DNA of 43,470 bases, taken from positions 1-43,470 of the forward strand of contig UROR01000001.1 in assembly GCA_900549535.1 (NCBI GenBank). Direction: 5' to 3'. Below the pieces are notes generated by a model. It saw only the letters and a program-made list of their open reading frames with translations, searched no databases and was not told where the DNA came from. Below, piece after piece: positions 40,998 through 43,470 of this stretch. Origin of the DNA: an uncultured Collinsella sp. (GTDB lineage: Bacteria > Actinomycetota > Coriobacteriia > Coriobacteriales > Coriobacteriaceae). The position numbers and the translations under genes were made by a program. Every line of letters starts with the position of its first letter. Position 1 is the stretch's first letter.

Positions 40998-41167
40998 TTT
41001 GTGCGGGTGACAAAGGGGCTGCCCCTTTGTCACATTGCAATAAATGTGATGAAAGTGTGGCGAAACGAGCTTAAAACTTCCGTAAATGTGATAAACATCA
41101 CGTTTTCCCTGGGGTAAAATGTGGCAAATATCACGTTTGCGGAAGTTTCTTTGCGGGAGGTTCGGTC

Positions 41168-42532
41168 ATGCAGCGAGATATCATTGCCAAGCTTAACGCT
41201 TGGAAAGCGTCGGAATATCGTAAGCCGCTTATCCTTAAGGGGGCGCGCCAGGTTGGAAAGACGTGGGCGCTTAAGGAGTTCGGTCGAACCTCGTACCGCA
41301 ATTTTGTGTATCTGACGCTCGAGGAACCGTCACCTGGGGTACGGAGCGAGTACGCTCAGTTTTTCGAAGGTACGCGCGATCCTCGGCGGATCATCTCAAA
41401 CCTTTCCCTGGCACTTGGGCAGCCTATCGATCCCGGCGAGACGCTGCTTATTATTGATGAGATCCAGGATTGTCCTTCTGCAGTCGGCGCCCTTAAATAC
41501 TTCTGTGACGAGGCCCCCGAGTATCACGTCGCATGCGCAGGGTCTTTATTGGGCGTTCGCTTGTCCCGTGAGACCAGCGCTTTTCCGGTGGGAAAGGTCG
41601 AGTTCATGGAGATGCACCCTATGAGCTTTTCCGAGTTTCTGAAAGCCGAGGGCGCTGCAAACTACGACGAATACCTTGGCGGCCTGGATCAGATCGAGAA
41701 AGTGCCCGATTTCTTCCATATCCGTCTCGTCGAGCATCTTCGTCGTTATTTTGCATGTGGCGGCATGCCAGAGGCCCTTGGTCGGTGGGTGGAGACGGGC
41801 GATATCGTTCAGGTCGATAAGGTGTTGTCCGATCTCTTGGATTCCTACGAGCGCGATTTTGCCAAGCATGGTGGCCGTGCGCAGTTCGCCAAGCTTTCGC
41901 AAATATGGAACTCGATTCCAACTCAGTTGGCGCGCGAGAATAAAAAGTTCGTTTGGGGTGCGGTGCGCGAGGGGGCTCGTGCTCGAGAATACGAGGATGC
42001 TCTGGAATGGCTTGCCGATGCTGGGCTCATCACGGCGGTTCGCCTTAATGCTGCCGGTGGCGTGCCGCTCTCTGCATACGATGACCTCAAGGCATTTAAA
42101 GTCTACTGTCTTGATGTCGGTTTGCTGCGCCGCATGGCAAGACTGGATGCGTCCGCTTTTGCCATCTCGGATGCGCTATTTTCGGAGTTCAAAGGTTCGT
42201 TCGCCGAGAATTATGTGCTTCAGGCATTACTTTCACAGTTAGATGCTGCTCCGCGTTATTGGACAAACGAGAAGCCGAAGCACGAAGTCGATTTTTTGAT
42301 TCAAGTCGGGAACGAAATCGTGCCCGTCGAGGTCAAATCGGGAGAGGTGGTTCATTCCAAGAGTCTTAAGTACTATGCCGACAAGCATGCGGAGACGACT
42401 CCACTGAGGGTCCGCTACTCACTTAAGAACCTAAAGCTCGACGACGGGGTGCTCAACATTCCGTTGTATTTGGCTGATCGATCTGCCCCTCTTATCAAAA
42501 AGGCGCTTGATTGTGCACATCTTGACGTTTAG
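41168..42532 (+). CDS. AAA_14 ATPase with DUF4143 domain
   Basis: GARQVGKT, IIDEIQ, AGSLLG, GGMPEA, KVY.LDVGLL, EVDFL...IVPVEVKSG. Confidence 0.9.
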   Translation: MQRDIIAKLNAWKASEYRKPLILKGARQVGKTWALKEFGRTSYRNFVYLTLEEPSPGVRSEYAQFFEGTRDPRRIISNLSLALGQPIDPGETLLIIDEIQDCPSAVGALKYFCDEAPEYHVACAGSLLGVRLSRETSAFPVGKVEFMEMHPMSFSEFLKAEGAANYDEYLGGLDQIEKVPDFFHIRLVEHLRRYFACGGMPEALGRWVETGDIVQVDKVLSDLLDSYERDFAKHGGRAQFAKLSQIWNSIPTQLARENKKFVWGAVREGARAREYEDALEWLADAGLITAVRLNAAGGVPLSAYDDLKAFKVYCLDVGLLRRMARLDASAFAISDALFSEFKGSFAENYVLQALLSQLDAAPRYWTNEKPKHEVDFLIQVGNEIVPVEVKSGEVVHSKSLKYYADKHAETTPLRVRYSLKNLKLDDGVLNIPLYLADRSAPLIKKALDCAHLDV

Positions 42533-42597
42533 ATCCTGGGCGAGCTGATGGGCGGCGGCTAATTAAATCGCTCCGTAACGGCCAGGGAGCTTGGACC

Positions 42598-43461
42598 TTA
42601 GCGGTGCTTGCTTCGCCAAGCGGTGGGGGTGGTGCCGGTGTGTTGCTTGAAGGCTTGGGCGAAGGCGGCCTGCTGAGGGTAGCCTAGACGCTCTGCCACC
42701 TGCGCTATCGTGAGCGCGCTATCGGCCAAAAGGTCCTGTGCTCGTTCCATACGGCGTCTGCGAATGTAGGCGCCCAGGGACTCGCCAGTTTGGGCCTTAA
42801 AGGTGGCGCATAGCTTGGAGCGGCTTGAGAAGAGCGCCTCGGCCACCTCGTTGATGCTCACATGTCTGCCCTTGTCGAGCGAGCGCTCCACAAGGCTCGC
42901 CGCCTCTTGGGCAATGGTAACGCTGGCGCGCGTGTCTGTCGCTTGCTGCGCTTGCCTGTGGGCCGCGCGCGAACAGGCGAGCTCCGCGACCATGGTCTCT
43001 ACGATGCCTTGCATATAGACGTGTCCGCCTACGGTGCGGGCGCGTTCCTCGTTAACCCGGCGCAGCGTGTGGTAGATGGCAGACGCTGCCTCCTCGTGCC
43101 ATGACTCGGCAAACGCCTCAAAGACCCCCGCGAACTCGGTGGGATAGCGGTGCTCCAGTTCGTCAAAATATCCAGGCAAAAAGAGCACCGAGCGCGAGTG
43201 ATAAAGCTGCCCTGCAAACAGTGGGCTTAACTCCTCGCCACAGTTATCTTGGATAAAGCTGCACACGGCATTGTTTGGCCACGGTCCATGCAGGGGTTTA
43301 AGGTTCGCAGGCGTTATGCCGGCTTCGGGCATGCACATGAGCGTGGGCGCGCTGACCTCGCTCACGCACGCGTACGGTTCGGGCGTGTATTCGGCTAGCT
43401 GCATGTTGTGCGTCGGGGAAATGAAATGCTCCATGACGATGCAGGTGGGGGAAAGGGGCAT
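42598..43461 (-). CDS. AraC-family transcriptional regulator (5' end may lie beyond the window)
   Basis: C-terminal double HTH: SRSKLCATFK..TG, RMERA..LL, IAQVAERLGY....AF..AFK..TG.TP..WR; frame stays open to the window edge. Confidence 0.88.
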   Translation of the reverse strand: MPLSPTCIVMEHFISPTHNMQLAEYTPEPYACVSEVSAPTLMCMPEAGITPANLKPLHGPWPNNAVCSFIQDNCGEELSPLFAGQLYHSRSVLFLPGYFDELEHRYPTEFAGVFEAFAESWHEEAASAIYHTLRRVNEERARTVGGHVYMQGIVETMVAELACSRAAHRQAQQATDTRASVTIAQEAASLVERSLDKGRHVSINEVAEALFSSRSKLCATFKAQTGESLGAYIRRRRMERAQDLLADSALTIAQVAERLGYPQQAAFAQAFKQHTGTTPTAWRSKHR

Positions 43462-43470
43462 GATCCATGC

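Noticed and set aside
40654..41000. CRISPR array
   Set aside because: Only two units, the constant part is about 70 nt, and there are no cas genes in the window.

Overview
High-GC actinobacterial DNA, most consistent with a gut Coriobacteriia chromosome such as Collinsella (inference from gene content and codon style). Left end: a 3' fragment of tRNA-Met(CAT) resembling an att site, candidate integrase arm repeats and a wrecked tyrosine-integrase gene. Next come an AAA-type ATPase preceded by a 10-bp tandem array, and a KDG/Entner-Doudoroff cluster (YitT-like membrane protein, GntR, eda, kdgK, LacI). Core and metabolic genes follow: glnA plus a GlnR-like regulator, htrA, ligA, MATE/MerR, a heterodimeric ABC exporter, moaA, a moaC-mobB fusion, MFS and HAD genes. 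The right part holds a sortase-dependent pilus locus, gatCAB, a DUF4143 ATPase and an AraC gene. The intergenic DNA is the most notable part: (i) a DUF559/Vsr-like nuclease gene bracketed by two 65-bp palindromes, with two solo copies elsewhere; (ii) a 58-nt hairpin with four compensatory base-pair changes and an invariant loop, duplicated in two leaders that carry the same LacI-type operator; (iii) further REP/MITE-like families and a 128-bp-period two-unit array; (iv) possible phase-variation signals at the pilus locus. All calls come from reading the sequence and recognising motifs; no database searches were run.
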